Notes: generated by a model not told the origin, from the sequence alone. A stretch of DNA of 32,000 nucleotides from an uncultured Candidatus Bathyarchaeia archaeon (GCA_964473665.1 CAYYPV010000068.1:3824-35823), one strand, 5' to 3'; numbered from the stretch's first letter, positions 9,249 to 16,985 are shown. A program made the numbers and translations.

Positions 9249-9340
9249 GGGCCCATAGCTCAGCTTGGTGGAGCGACAGGCTCATAAATCCAATATGTTG
9301 AGAAACCTGTTGGTCTGGGGTTCAAATCCCCATGGGCCCA
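9249..9340 (+). tRNA. tRNA with CAT anticodon and an 18-nt canonical (37/38) intron; Met elongator or Ile2 (agmatidine) type
   Basis: The acceptor is GGGCCCA/TGGGCCC and the anticodon stem is ACAGG/CCTGT. The loop is CTCATA[intron 9287-9304]A with anticodon 9283-9285. The T arm is TGGGG-TTCAAAT-CCCCA and the discriminator is A. The GGGCCC acceptor is Ile-like. Confidence 0.85.
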
Positions 9341-9457
9341 CCGCAAACCTCTTCTTAGTTAGTACTGAGAGAAAAATTATTCTGAGTAAAATTTTTCTTC
9401 TAATGCAAAAATAGAAAACGGTAAAATAGATGTTAACCGTCAAAATAAGCCTGAAAC

Positions 9458-9481
9458 TAAACTCTAGAGTTAAACTCTAGA
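9458..9481 (+). repeat. tandem 11-nt direct repeat TAAACTCTAGA (period 13) directly upstream of tRNA-Glu
   Basis: The copies lie at 9458-9468 and 9471-9481. The second copy ends 3 nt before the tRNA 5' end. Confidence 0.6.
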
Positions 9482-9484
9482 TGT

Positions 9485-9559
9485 GCTCCGATAGTACAGT
9501 CCGGTCAAGTATTCCGGCCTTTCGAGCCGGAAACCCGGGTTCAAATCCCGGTCGGAGCA
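9485..9559 (+). tRNA. tRNA-Glu (TTC)
   Basis: The acceptor is GCTCCGA/TCGGAGC. The anticodon arm is CCGGC-CTTTCGA-GCCGG (anticodon 9521-9523). The T arm is CCGGG-TTCAAAT-CCCGG. Confidence 0.9.
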
Positions 9560-9644
9560 CTCGAAATTAACTTAAAAGAAAATTACCCTTGGTATAATTC
9601 GTCTTCCACTTCAATTTTTTAACTTCTTTAGCAATTATGTTTTT

Positions 9645-10334
9645 CTAAATTTTTTTCTTCTGGAGGGTTTTGAAGAGTTTTTCTAGTTCTACTTTTATGT
9701 TTCCCCTAGAATATCCGTGGCCAGCGCAAAGTAAAGTTGGGTCAAGTTTTAGTAATTTTTTTACAGATGACTTTGCATTTTCCACATTGCTGTTCCAAGC
9801 GGGCATAAATGGTCCGCCTATATCTCCGCAGAACAGTACATCCTCTCCTTCTATGCTGCCGTATAGTGATATGCTTCCAGGAGTATGTCCTGGTGTGTGA
9901 ATCGCTAGGAGTGTGTAGCTTCCAACTACTATGTTATCTTTAAGCGGATTCTCATTTATTTTAACATCAACTTTGCAGGGTTCAAATTTTATATCCATCC
10001 ATTTTGCGGCTGTTAGATCCTGATCACCAGTTTCAATCGCTTCCGCATCTAATTTATGTGCGGCTACTGTACATCTTAATGTTCTTTTTAATTTTGAATC
10101 TCCGCCGGCATGGTCGAAGTGGCAATGCGTATTAACTAACGTTGAAATTTGAGCATCTAGTTTGAGTTCGTTAATGTTATCAATTATTTCATTAAAGCCG
10201 AAGCCGCTACCAGAATCTATTATTATCGATGATTCTGGTGAGCCGTCAATCAAGTAGACACAACAGTCGTATGGATGCGAGATTTGTGGTCCGCCGATTA
10301 AGTAGATTTTCTCTGATATTTTCACTACTGACAT
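9645..10334 (-). CDS. MBL-fold metallo-hydrolase
   Basis: It has the HxHxDH motif THCHFDHAGG, later TPGHTPGS, and a C-terminal GHG. Confidence 0.85.
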   Translation of the reverse strand: MSVVKISEKIYLIGGPQISHPYDCCVYLIDGSPESSIIIDSGSGFGFNEIIDNINELKLDAQISTLVNTHCHFDHAGGDSKLKRTLRCTVAAHKLDAEAIETGDQDLTAAKWMDIKFEPCKVDVKINENPLKDNIVVGSYTLLAIHTPGHTPGSISLYGSIEGEDVLFCGDIGGPFMPAWNSNVENAKSSVKKLLKLDPTLLCAGHGYSRGNIKVELEKLFKTLQKKKI

Positions 10335-10335
10335 G

Positions 10336-10620
10336 CTATTTCTTACCGATTGTTTGCCAAGTTCGATAGAATAGTATGAGCGAGCAAAGGAATGATATTG
10401 AAGCTAATAATGCGAAGGTAGCGCGCACCCCGACAGTAGTTACATTCAATAGTTCACAGATGGGTATTCCCAACATGAAAATTGGGACTAGAATTAAAAT
10501 TTTCCAAGGTCTTTCAAAAGGAGATCCCTTAAACAACTTGATCAAACGCCAATAGACTACAAACGTTATTACCGCTACGATTAGAGCTAAACATGCCACT
10601 GTTACCGATAATAAAGTCAA
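10336..10620 (-). CDS. small integral membrane protein (about three hydrophobic helices), hypothetical
   Basis: 94 aa and strongly hydrophobic. Its TAG stop lies 1 nt from the ATG of the downstream MBL gene, which suggests coupling. The TTG start is uncertain. Confidence 0.5.
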   Translation of the reverse strand: MTLLSVTVACLALIVAVITFVVYWRLIKLFKGSPFERPWKILILVPIFMLGIPICELLNVTTVGVRATFALLASISFLCSLILFYRTWQTIGKK

Positions 10621-10693
10621 TCAAAATCACTTTGAACAAAAATTCTACTTCGCTAGTTCTTAAAGTTTTTCCGCTAACTTTTTGGCGTTTAGA

Positions 10694-10781
10694 TGGTGCG
10701 GCGGAAGGGATTTGAACCCTTGAACCCCTGCGGGACAGGGTCCTGAGCCCTGCGCTTTAGACCAAGCTTAGCTACCGCCGC
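10694..10781 (-). tRNA. tRNA-Leu (CAG), class II, with genomically encoded CCA
   Basis: Reverse complement: GCGGCGG TA GCT..AGC G CAGGG-CTCAGGA-CCCTG, long variable arm TCCCGCAGGGGTTC, AAGGG-TTCAAAT-CCCTT, CCGCCGC A CCA. The anticodon is the complement of 10743-10745. Confidence 0.9.
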
Positions 10782-10890
10782 AATTTTCTTAACATATTTT
10801 GCTCATAGATAAATGCAATTCTACTTTAGAAATAGTTTGAAGCAAATAGGCAGCAGCAGTATAGTAGTATTGTATTATTATTATTAAGTG

Positions 10891-10964
10891 AGCCCTGAGC
10901 GGGATTTGAACCCGCGGCCTACAGCTTACAAGGCTGTCGCACTACCACGCTGTGCTACCAGGGC
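10891..10964 (-). tRNA. tRNA-Thr (TGT)
   Basis: Reverse complement: GCCCTGG...ACAGC-CTTGTAA-GCTGT...GCGGG-TTCAAAT-CCCGC TCAGGGC T. The anticodon is the complement of 10928-10930. Confidence 0.9.
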
Positions 10965-11040
10965 ATATTTTATCTGACTTTTTAGCCTCATCTATTTGTA
11001 TTTTGATAAAACGCTACAGCTTTAAAAATTTAAAACCAAA

Positions 11041-12264
11041 TTATGCAGCTCTCATTCTTTTAGCCGCCTTTTCTAAGGCCTCTACAGCAGGCAATTTCTT
11101 TCTAGCCAAAAATGTAAGCATTGCTCCTCCGCCCGTGCTTATGTGACTGAAGCTTCCTTCAAGCTTCAATTTTTCGACAACAGCATCTAAATGTCCTCCA
11201 CCAATTAGTGTAAAGCCTCTACATTGGGCAATCGCTTTAACAATTGTCTCAGTGCCTTTTTCAAAACCTTCTTCTTCAAATATCCCTAATGGGCCGCTTG
11301 CTACTACAGTGCCCGCGTTTTTAATTATCCTTGAAAATGTGTTGATCGTGTTAACTCCAATATCACAGATTTCTTCTTCTACAGGTAATTTGCCCACGGG
11401 AACATTTTGTCTCTTTTTACCGCTTCTTACAGCAACGTCGGTTGGTGTAACAATGAACTTACGGTACTTTGATAAAATTCTCTTCGCATCCTCAACTTGA
11501 TCTTTCTGATGGTTATCTATTTGCTCATCAGTAGCTTTCCCTAATTTGTATCCTCTTGCTTTAAGGAAGATTTCGCCGACCACTCCCCCGACCAGAATGC
11601 TATCTACCACTTTCTCATCTAGCAAAGATTGAATAGCGGGAATCCTGTCTTCAACCTTTATTCCGCCTACTACAAATACAAGAGGGTGTTTAGGTTGACT
11701 GAGCACCCCGTCGATAGCTTTTAACTCTCTTTCCATTATGCGTCCAGCAACACTCGGTAACACCTCAGGGAAACCGATCAGAGATGCCTGTGCACGATGG
11801 GCGGTAGCAAAAGCATCGTCGACAAATAAATCAAAATGCGGCGCAAGTTTGCGGACTAGATGCGTTTTAGCCAGCTCTTCAGGAGTACCTTCAATGTTTT
11901 CTTCAGCGGTAAATCTAACATTTTCAAGAACTAAAAGCTCACCAGGACTTAACCCCTCAATAGTACCTATTGCGGCTGGACCCATAACATCGTCAATAAA
12001 CCTAACCGGTCTCTTAACACACTTCCTCAAAATCTCAGCGTGAATATTCAACGAGGTGAAATCATATTTGCCAGGTTTACTTTGATGAGACATCAGAGTA
12101 ACCTTGGCCTTCCTCAAATCTCTTAGAGTGTCTATCGTCGCGCAAATACGCTTATCATCAATAATCTGCCCAGTCTTAGGATCGATAGGCGAATTAATGT
12201 CAACACGTAAAAGTACTCTCTTCCCAGAAGCATCAACATCATCAAGAGTTAAAAAATCAAACAA
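11041..12264 (-). CDS. pgk: phosphoglycerate kinase
   Basis: The N-terminus FLTLDDVDASGKRVLLRVDINSP, the length of 407 aa and the C-terminal STGGGA are all Pgk-like. The start is TTG with GAGGAA upstream. The first internal Met is about 58 residues in, so TTG is required. Confidence 0.92.
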   Translation of the reverse strand: MFDFLTLDDVDASGKRVLLRVDINSPIDPKTGQIIDDKRICATIDTLRDLRKAKVTLMSHQSKPGKYDFTSLNIHAEILRKCVKRPVRFIDDVMGPAAIGTIEGLSPGELLVLENVRFTAEENIEGTPEELAKTHLVRKLAPHFDLFVDDAFATAHRAQASLIGFPEVLPSVAGRIMERELKAIDGVLSQPKHPLVFVVGGIKVEDRIPAIQSLLDEKVVDSILVGGVVGEIFLKARGYKLGKATDEQIDNHQKDQVEDAKRILSKYRKFIVTPTDVAVRSGKKRQNVPVGKLPVEEEICDIGVNTINTFSRIIKNAGTVVASGPLGIFEEEGFEKGTETIVKAIAQCRGFTLIGGGHLDAVVEKLKLEGSFSHISTGGGAMLTFLARKKLPAVEALEKAAKRMRAA

Positions 12265-12376
12265 TTTTCATTCCTCACAGTAGTTTCGTAAATTGTCCGA
12301 CACACTATAAAAAATGTTCTCAGCAACCTTTTTAGGCTTGGGCTCTCACCAAAAATGAACTGGTGCCGGGAAACGA

Positions 12377-12486
12377 GCCGAGGTAGCTCAGCTTGGTTAG
12401 AGCGCCAGACACTAAAGAGCGAAACTCATAATCTGGAAAGGTTAAGGGCCCAGAAATCGCGAGTTCAAATCTCGCTCTCGGCACCA
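12377..12486 (+). tRNA. tRNA-Met (CAT), elongator type, with two insertions/introns and an encoded CCA
   Basis: The acceptor is GCCGAGG/TCTCGGC and the D arm is GCTC..GAGC. The anticodon stem is CCAGA/TCTGG, with a 15-nt insertion on the 5' side of the loop (about 12410/11-12424/25) before CTCATAA (anticodon 12427-12429). The variable region is 22 nt (12437-12458) where 5 nt are expected. The T arm is GCGAG-TTCAAAT-CTCGC, followed by A and CCA. Confidence 0.8.
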
Positions 12487-12683
12487 AATATTTAATAGAC
12501 TGTCTGAAAATTCAGGGCGTTAAATTAGGGACTAAGCCTTTAGATGCTAAATACTTAACCTTTAGCACTTAACGTAGCCATCTAAGGCTAGAAATTGACA
12601 ACTGTGCATCTCATGATTATTAATACAGCAGACCGTCTAAAAATTAATATGTTGACTGGACCCGAACTAGGCGTGAAGAAAAT

Positions 12684-13748
12684 ATGAATCGGAAAGGGGT
12701 AACATACGATGTTGGAAGTGTAATGGGATTCAATTGGCGCCCCCACTTTGATCCAAAAATTGTGCACCGTGAGCTTGAAATTATCAAGAATGATTTACAC
12801 TGCAATGCTGTAAGAATTTGTGGACTTGACATCGAGAGACTCATAATTACAGCTGAAGACGCTTTGAAACAAGGGCTTGAGGTGTGGCTTTCACCATTAA
12901 TGTGGGACAAAAGACCAGATAGGACTTTGAATTACATCACCAAGACTGCTACTGCCGCAGAGAAGCTGAATCAGCAATGGCCTAACCGTATAGTTTTCAG
13001 TGTGGGCAGCGAGTTGACACTTTTCATGCAAGGAATCGTTGAAGGCAGAAACTTCGCGGCTCGAATAACTAATCCCAGCCTGATACCCCGCGTGAAAACG
13101 GGGGCACATAACAAACCGCTGAACGCTTTTCTTGCAAAAGCAAACAACTCAGTAAGAGAAGTATTCCATGGTAAAGTCACCTACGCATCGCTCATATGGG
13201 AAGCCGTTGATTGGGGCATCTTCGACTTTGTCGGCGTTGACCATTATCGAGCTGAAAGCATCAAAGATAGGTATGTGGAGATGCTTAAGCCCTCCTTTTC
13301 ATATAACAAGCCCGTTGTAGTAACCGAGTTCGGGTGCAGCACCTATCATGGAGGTGTGGGCTCGGAGGGCCTTTTAAGCTCAGCGGGCTTAGGCGGGAAC
13401 ATAGTTGACTTTCGCTCCCAATTCCTCCACTACAAAATACCGCTACTAGGCAGGCTCGTAAGACTAAGAGTGAACGGCAACCATGTACGCGATGAGGACT
13501 GGCAGGCGCAGCAGTTGGTTGACCAGCTGAGCGTGCTTGACGGAGCGGGTGTTGATGGCGCATTCATATCTTGTTTTGTTTCGCAGATTACTCCCTATGA
13601 TGATGACCCCCGCTACGACCTTGACATGGCCAGCCCTTCCCTCGTGAAAAGCTATGAAAATGGGCGACATGGTGCAACTTATCCTGACATGCCGTGGGAG
13701 CCGAAGGAATCTTTCAAAGCAGTTGCTGACTATTATGCAAAACATTAA
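12684..13748 (+). CDS. TIM-barrel glycoside-hydrolase-like protein (clan GH-A pattern), function uncertain
   Basis: The 354-aa ORF carries a mid-protein VGSELT (candidate acid/base Glu) and a later VVVTEFGCS (candidate nucleophile Glu). That spacing is typical of GH-A enzymes. Local GC is clearly higher than in the neighbouring genes. Confidence 0.45.
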   Translation: MNRKGVTYDVGSVMGFNWRPHFDPKIVHRELEIIKNDLHCNAVRICGLDIERLIITAEDALKQGLEVWLSPLMWDKRPDRTLNYITKTATAAEKLNQQWPNRIVFSVGSELTLFMQGIVEGRNFAARITNPSLIPRVKTGAHNKPLNAFLAKANNSVREVFHGKVTYASLIWEAVDWGIFDFVGVDHYRAESIKDRYVEMLKPSFSYNKPVVVTEFGCSTYHGGVGSEGLLSSAGLGGNIVDFRSQFLHYKIPLLGRLVRLRVNGNHVRDEDWQAQQLVDQLSVLDGAGVDGAFISCFVSQITPYDDDPRYDLDMASPSLVKSYENGRHGATYPDMPWEPKESFKAVADYYAKH

Positions 13749-13855
13749 GCTATTACGAGTCCAAAGAATAATATTGCCAATCTATTAGCCAATTCAAGTC
13801 ATTAGCACCTACAAAACTGTGAAATAATCCAAAAATAATTTTAAAACACTTTAAA

Positions 13856-13875
13856 TGAATCTGATTTGAATCTGA
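13856..13875 (+). repeat. direct repeat TGAATCTGA-TT-TGAATCTGA upstream of the CDF transporter gene
   Basis: The copies lie at 13856-13864 and 13867-13875, about 70-90 nt upstream of TTG 13944. Confidence 0.6.
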
Positions 13876-13943
13876 ATGGATAACAATTGCTCGGTTAATA
13901 TAGATGTTTCATGTTGTTAGGCTATTTAGGAAGTTAATTTGTA

Positions 13944-14816
13944 TTGCAGCGTGTAAATCTCGCAAAAAGCGGTAAGGTAGCCGCTAGATCTTTTATCGTT
14001 CTCGTCGCAGTAGGCATTTTTGAAATTTTAGCGGGGGTTATCTCTGGAAGCGTCGCCCTCATTGCTGACGGCATACATTCTTTTGGCGATGCCACCGTTT
14101 CATTTGTTGTCTGGTTCGGATTGCGTTTCACCCGACGAGCGCCAGACGGAAAATTCCATTTTGGTTACTACCGAGTAGAAACCTTCTCATCAATTGTAGC
14201 CTCTCTAGTTATGATTGTTTTTGGTGTCTTTATTTTCTATGAGTCTTACCTTACACTCCGCTCTCCGAGAGGACTGGCTTTCGCGAATTTAGCCTTAGTA
14301 TCAGCCTTGGCAGCAACAGCAGTGGCTATTTGCATTTCAGTTTACAAGGTAAGAGCTGCAAGGAAATTTGGTTCTTTAGCTTTGAAGACGGATGCTTTAA
14401 GCTCCATCAAAGATGTAGCAACGTCAGTAATTGCCTTTACAGGTATCGCATTGTCACATTATTTTGGCCTTTTTCAAACTGACGCTATTGCCGGGATCAT
14501 GATTTCTATTTTCATTTTCGTAGTATCTTACATCGTAATAAGAGAGGCTTCTCTTGTTTTGATGGATGCTTGCAACTGCCCAGACATCGTTACGGCGATC
14601 AAACAGATAGTGACTAACATCACTAGTGTTAAGGAGGTTTACGGTATTAGACTTAGAAAACTCGGGCCATATCTAGTGGGAGATATGCACGTACAAATAG
14701 ACGGAAATTTGTCCGTTTACGAAGCGCATAAGATAACAACCAGCATTGAACAGGCGGTAAAACAGCAATTTGACGAGGTTACCGAATTTAAAGTGATTGT
14801 GGAGCCGTTCATTTAA
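13944..14816 (+). CDS. cation diffusion facilitator (CDF) family metal efflux transporter
   Basis: Motifs include SGSVALIADGIHSFGD, FHFGYYRVE and TDALSSIKDV. It has six hydrophobic helices plus a C-terminal cytoplasmic domain. The start is TTG. Confidence 0.88.
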   Translation: MQRVNLAKSGKVAARSFIVLVAVGIFEILAGVISGSVALIADGIHSFGDATVSFVVWFGLRFTRRAPDGKFHFGYYRVETFSSIVASLVMIVFGVFIFYESYLTLRSPRGLAFANLALVSALAATAVAICISVYKVRAARKFGSLALKTDALSSIKDVATSVIAFTGIALSHYFGLFQTDAIAGIMISIFIFVVSYIVIREASLVLMDACNCPDIVTAIKQIVTNITSVKEVYGIRLRKLGPYLVGDMHVQIDGNLSVYEAHKITTSIEQAVKQQFDEVTEFKVIVEPFI

Positions 14817-14849
14817 GACATTGTTCAGCAGTTTTACTTAGTTAATCTA

Positions 14850-14857
14850 TTTTTTTT
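14850..14857 (+). terminator. T8 run downstream of the CDF gene (archaeal oligo-T terminator candidate)
   Basis: TTTTTTTT begins 34 nt after the stop codon, in a convergent intergenic region. Confidence 0.4.
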
Positions 14858-14885
14858 AAGTAAGTTTTTAAGAATTAGCATTTCT

Positions 14886-14892
14886 AAAAAAA
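14886..14892 (-). terminator. T7 run (on the minus strand) downstream of rpiA
   Basis: The A7 on the plus strand is a T7 on the minus strand, 15 nt beyond the rpiA stop. Confidence 0.4.
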
Positions 14893-14906
14893 TATTTTTG
14901 AGACTG

Positions 14907-15602
14907 TCAAACTTTTTTCTTAAGTACTTTAACTTCCCTTCTTCCGCCGATATATGCAATGTCGGCCATATCTATGAAAAGTCCGGTTTCGATGATTCCT
15001 GGAATCTTTTTCAGCCTGTTTTCCAGTTGTTCCGCATTTTTAATAGTTCCAAAATCTATGTCAAGAATGAAGTTTCCATTGTCCGTAATGAGCGGACCTA
15101 ACTTCCCCTTCGCCACTCTAACCGTCGGTTTTCCACCTAGTTCTCGAAGTCTCTTGGCTACTGTTGGTGTAGCGAAGGGTAAAACCTCGATTGGAACATG
15201 TTGTTTAAGCCCCAGTTTTTTTGTAAGCTTTGTTTCGTCCGCAATTATTATTAGCTGCTTTGCAGCCGCATCCACAATTTTCTCTCTTGTTAATGCGGCG
15301 CCTCCACCCTTAATCATATTTAACTTAAAGTCAATTTGATCAGCACCATCTATGGCTATGTCTGGATGCGGAGCTTCATCCAGTGATGTTAAAGGTACGT
15401 TGTTCTCTATCGCCAACTGAGTTGTGTGATAGGATGTAGAAATACCTCGTACGGCGAATTTATTCTCCTTTATAATTCGCCCCAATTCCTTGATTGCGTA
15501 TTCAACTGTACTTCCACTGCCTAAACCAACAAAATAACCGTCTTTAATATGTCTAATCGCTTTTAGGGCAGCTCTTCTCTTTGCGTCTTCCCTCCAGCTC
15601 AA
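14907..15602 (-). CDS. rpiA: ribose-5-phosphate isomerase A
   Basis: Motifs are VGLGSGSTV, DGADQID and KGGGAALTREKIV. The start is TTG, preceded by GAGGAG. There is no in-frame Met before about residue 96. Confidence 0.92.
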   Translation of the reverse strand: MSWREDAKRRAALKAIRHIKDGYFVGLGSGSTVEYAIKELGRIIKENKFAVRGISTSYHTTQLAIENNVPLTSLDEAPHPDIAIDGADQIDFKLNMIKGGGAALTREKIVDAAAKQLIIIADETKLTKKLGLKQHVPIEVLPFATPTVAKRLRELGGKPTVRVAKGKLGPLITDNGNFILDIDFGTIKNAEQLENRLKKIPGIIETGLFIDMADIAYIGGRREVKVLKKKV

Positions 15603-15615
15603 GTGGGACTACTCC

Positions 15616-16401
15616 TCAGCCTTCTGTCTCCATCTGCTCTAAACGTTCAAGTTCCTTAATTACTTCAGCTCGAATTTCCTCGATTTTTTCTTCAACCTTA
15701 GTTTTTGACGCCTTAGTTGTAGGTTCAGCTGCGGCTCTTTTCGTTGGTCTTATTTTTTCCATGTCTTCAACCAAAGGTGCAGCTTGTGTAGGAGTAGCCG
15801 GTGTTGGTGCCTTAACTTCAGGGGGTGCGACTTTTATCTGTGAACGAAATTCTCCAATTTTCTGGTTAATTTCATCAAACTTATCTTGAAACATATTGAT
15901 GAGTTCAGTTTGAGTTTTTTCTAATTGATGTAACCCAATTACGCCTTCATCATAAGCGGTCTTCCCGTCAACGCGCTTTTTATCTTCACGATAACGATTA
16001 GCAAGTTTATCTCTTTCCGTATCAGTTAACTTTCCTTCAGCATGCGCCTCATACAAATGTGTTAATGCGTAATCCATAATTTCCCTCTCAACACCTAGAA
16101 CTTTGAGCTCTCCTTTCGCTTTAGTTGCCTCATCCTCAGTTATAGTGCGCTCAACTCTCATAGGCAACTTTGCTTCCATTGATGTGGAAATTTTTGAAGG
16201 AGCACTAACCGTCTTATCTTCTCTCCCCTCTTTCTCTTCCGGTTTTTCCCTCTTTCTTATCCAATAAATTAGAAACACAAAAATGATGACAATGAAGGCA
16301 ACGAACACCAAAAAAGGAATAACGGCTCCAAGTAATGTTAATTCAACAGATGGAAAAAACACTATGCCTCTCCCCATCAAAACAAATGAAACCAATAACA
16401 A
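15616..16401 (-). CDS. membrane-anchored coiled-coil protein, hypothetical
   Basis: It has an N-terminal hydrophobic helix (LLGAVIPFLVFVAFIVIIFVFLIYWI), then a long charged, heptad-like region and a Pro/Thr/Ala linker. Its stop is 13 nt before the rpiA start. Confidence 0.55.
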   Translation of the reverse strand: MLLVSFVLMGRGIVFFPSVELTLLGAVIPFLVFVAFIVIIFVFLIYWIRKREKPEEKEGREDKTVSAPSKISTSMEAKLPMRVERTITEDEATKAKGELKVLGVEREIMDYALTHLYEAHAEGKLTDTERDKLANRYREDKKRVDGKTAYDEGVIGLHQLEKTQTELINMFQDKFDEINQKIGEFRSQIKVAPPEVKAPTPATPTQAAPLVEDMEKIRPTKRAAAEPTTKASKTKVEEKIEEIRAEVIKELERLEQMETEG

Positions 16402-16663
16402 TTATATAAGTAATATTAATAGTTGGAAATTGCGTTAGTCCATTTATTTTTGTCTGCTGAATCTTTATTCAAGTTATTACCTCTAAACCTTAACATTCCT
16501 TGCACACATATCCTAACGCATAGAGCCCCATTCCCCTGGACCTATCTCCATAGAATGTTATCCGTTAATAGACCTATTCTTAACTCGCTCATCTTATTTT
16601 GCTTCTTAAGCAAATCAAAAACTTATAAAAATCAACCAGCTTCAATCATTTAACCGAACAAAT

Positions 16664-16737
16664 GCCCTGGTAGCACAGCGTGGTAGTGCAACAGCATGGT
16701 AAGCTGTAGGTCGCGGGTTCAAATCCCGCTCAGGGCT
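16664..16737 (+). tRNA. tRNA-Thr (GGT)
   Basis: The body is the same as the Thr(TGT) gene apart from 4 differences. The anticodon arm is ACAGC-ATGGTAA-GCTGT (anticodon 16698-16700) and the discriminator is T. Confidence 0.9.
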
Positions 16738-16743
16738 TCCCAT

Positions 16744-16818
16744 GGGGCCGTCGGCTAGCATGGTCTAGGCTACGTGGCTTGGGCCCACGCGACCGGAGTT
16801 CAAATCTCCGCGGCCCCA
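16744..16818 (+). tRNA. tRNA-Pro (TGG)
   Basis: The acceptor is GGGGCCG/CGGCCCC. The anticodon arm is CGTGG-CTTGGGC-CCACG (anticodon 16780-16782). The T arm is CGGAG-TTCAAAT-CTCCG and the discriminator is A. Confidence 0.88.
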
Positions 16819-16869
16819 TTCTATAAGCAAAACGGTAAAAAAGACGATTGAAGTTTGTCATATAGATGA

Positions 16870-16985
16870 GCTGGGTTGGCTGAGTGGTTAGGCAGGCGGC
16901 TGCAGTTGGCGTTACGCCATTTGTTGATACCGCCTCTGCGCCGGTTCGAAAGGCGAGAAATCGTCCGAATATCCGGCACCCAGCT
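16870..16985 (+). tRNA. tRNA-Cys (GCA) with two introns (canonical 37/38 plus a T-loop intron)
   Basis: The acceptor GCTGGGT/ACCCAGC is perfect and the discriminator is T (U73, a Cys identity element). The anticodon arm is GGCGG-CTGCAG[23-nt intron 16906-16928]A-CCGCC (anticodon 16902-16904). The variable loop is TCTGC. The T stem is GCCGG/CCGGC, with loop TTCGA[21-nt insertion about 16950-16970]AT. Mature length is 72 nt. Confidence 0.8.

Noticed and set aside
16423-16653. Tracked intergenic or overlapping ORFs 16423-16653, 22578-22787, 22824-23021, 22971-23165, 10952-11146 and 14898-15101
   Set aside because: They have no RBS and low-complexity or AT-driven translations. Each lies in a promoter region or overlaps a better-supported gene.
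10891-16737. Near-identical 74-nt inverted repeats (tRNA-Thr TGT at 10891-10964 and tRNA-Thr GGT at 16664-16737) flanking 5.7 kb, considered as possible mobile-element ends or an invertible segment
   Set aside because: They are two functional isoacceptor tRNAs differing at 4 positions, including the anticodon. The enclosed genes are housekeeping (pgk, rpiA) and no recombinase or transposase is present. Recombination between them is possible in principle, but nothing in the sequence indicates it.
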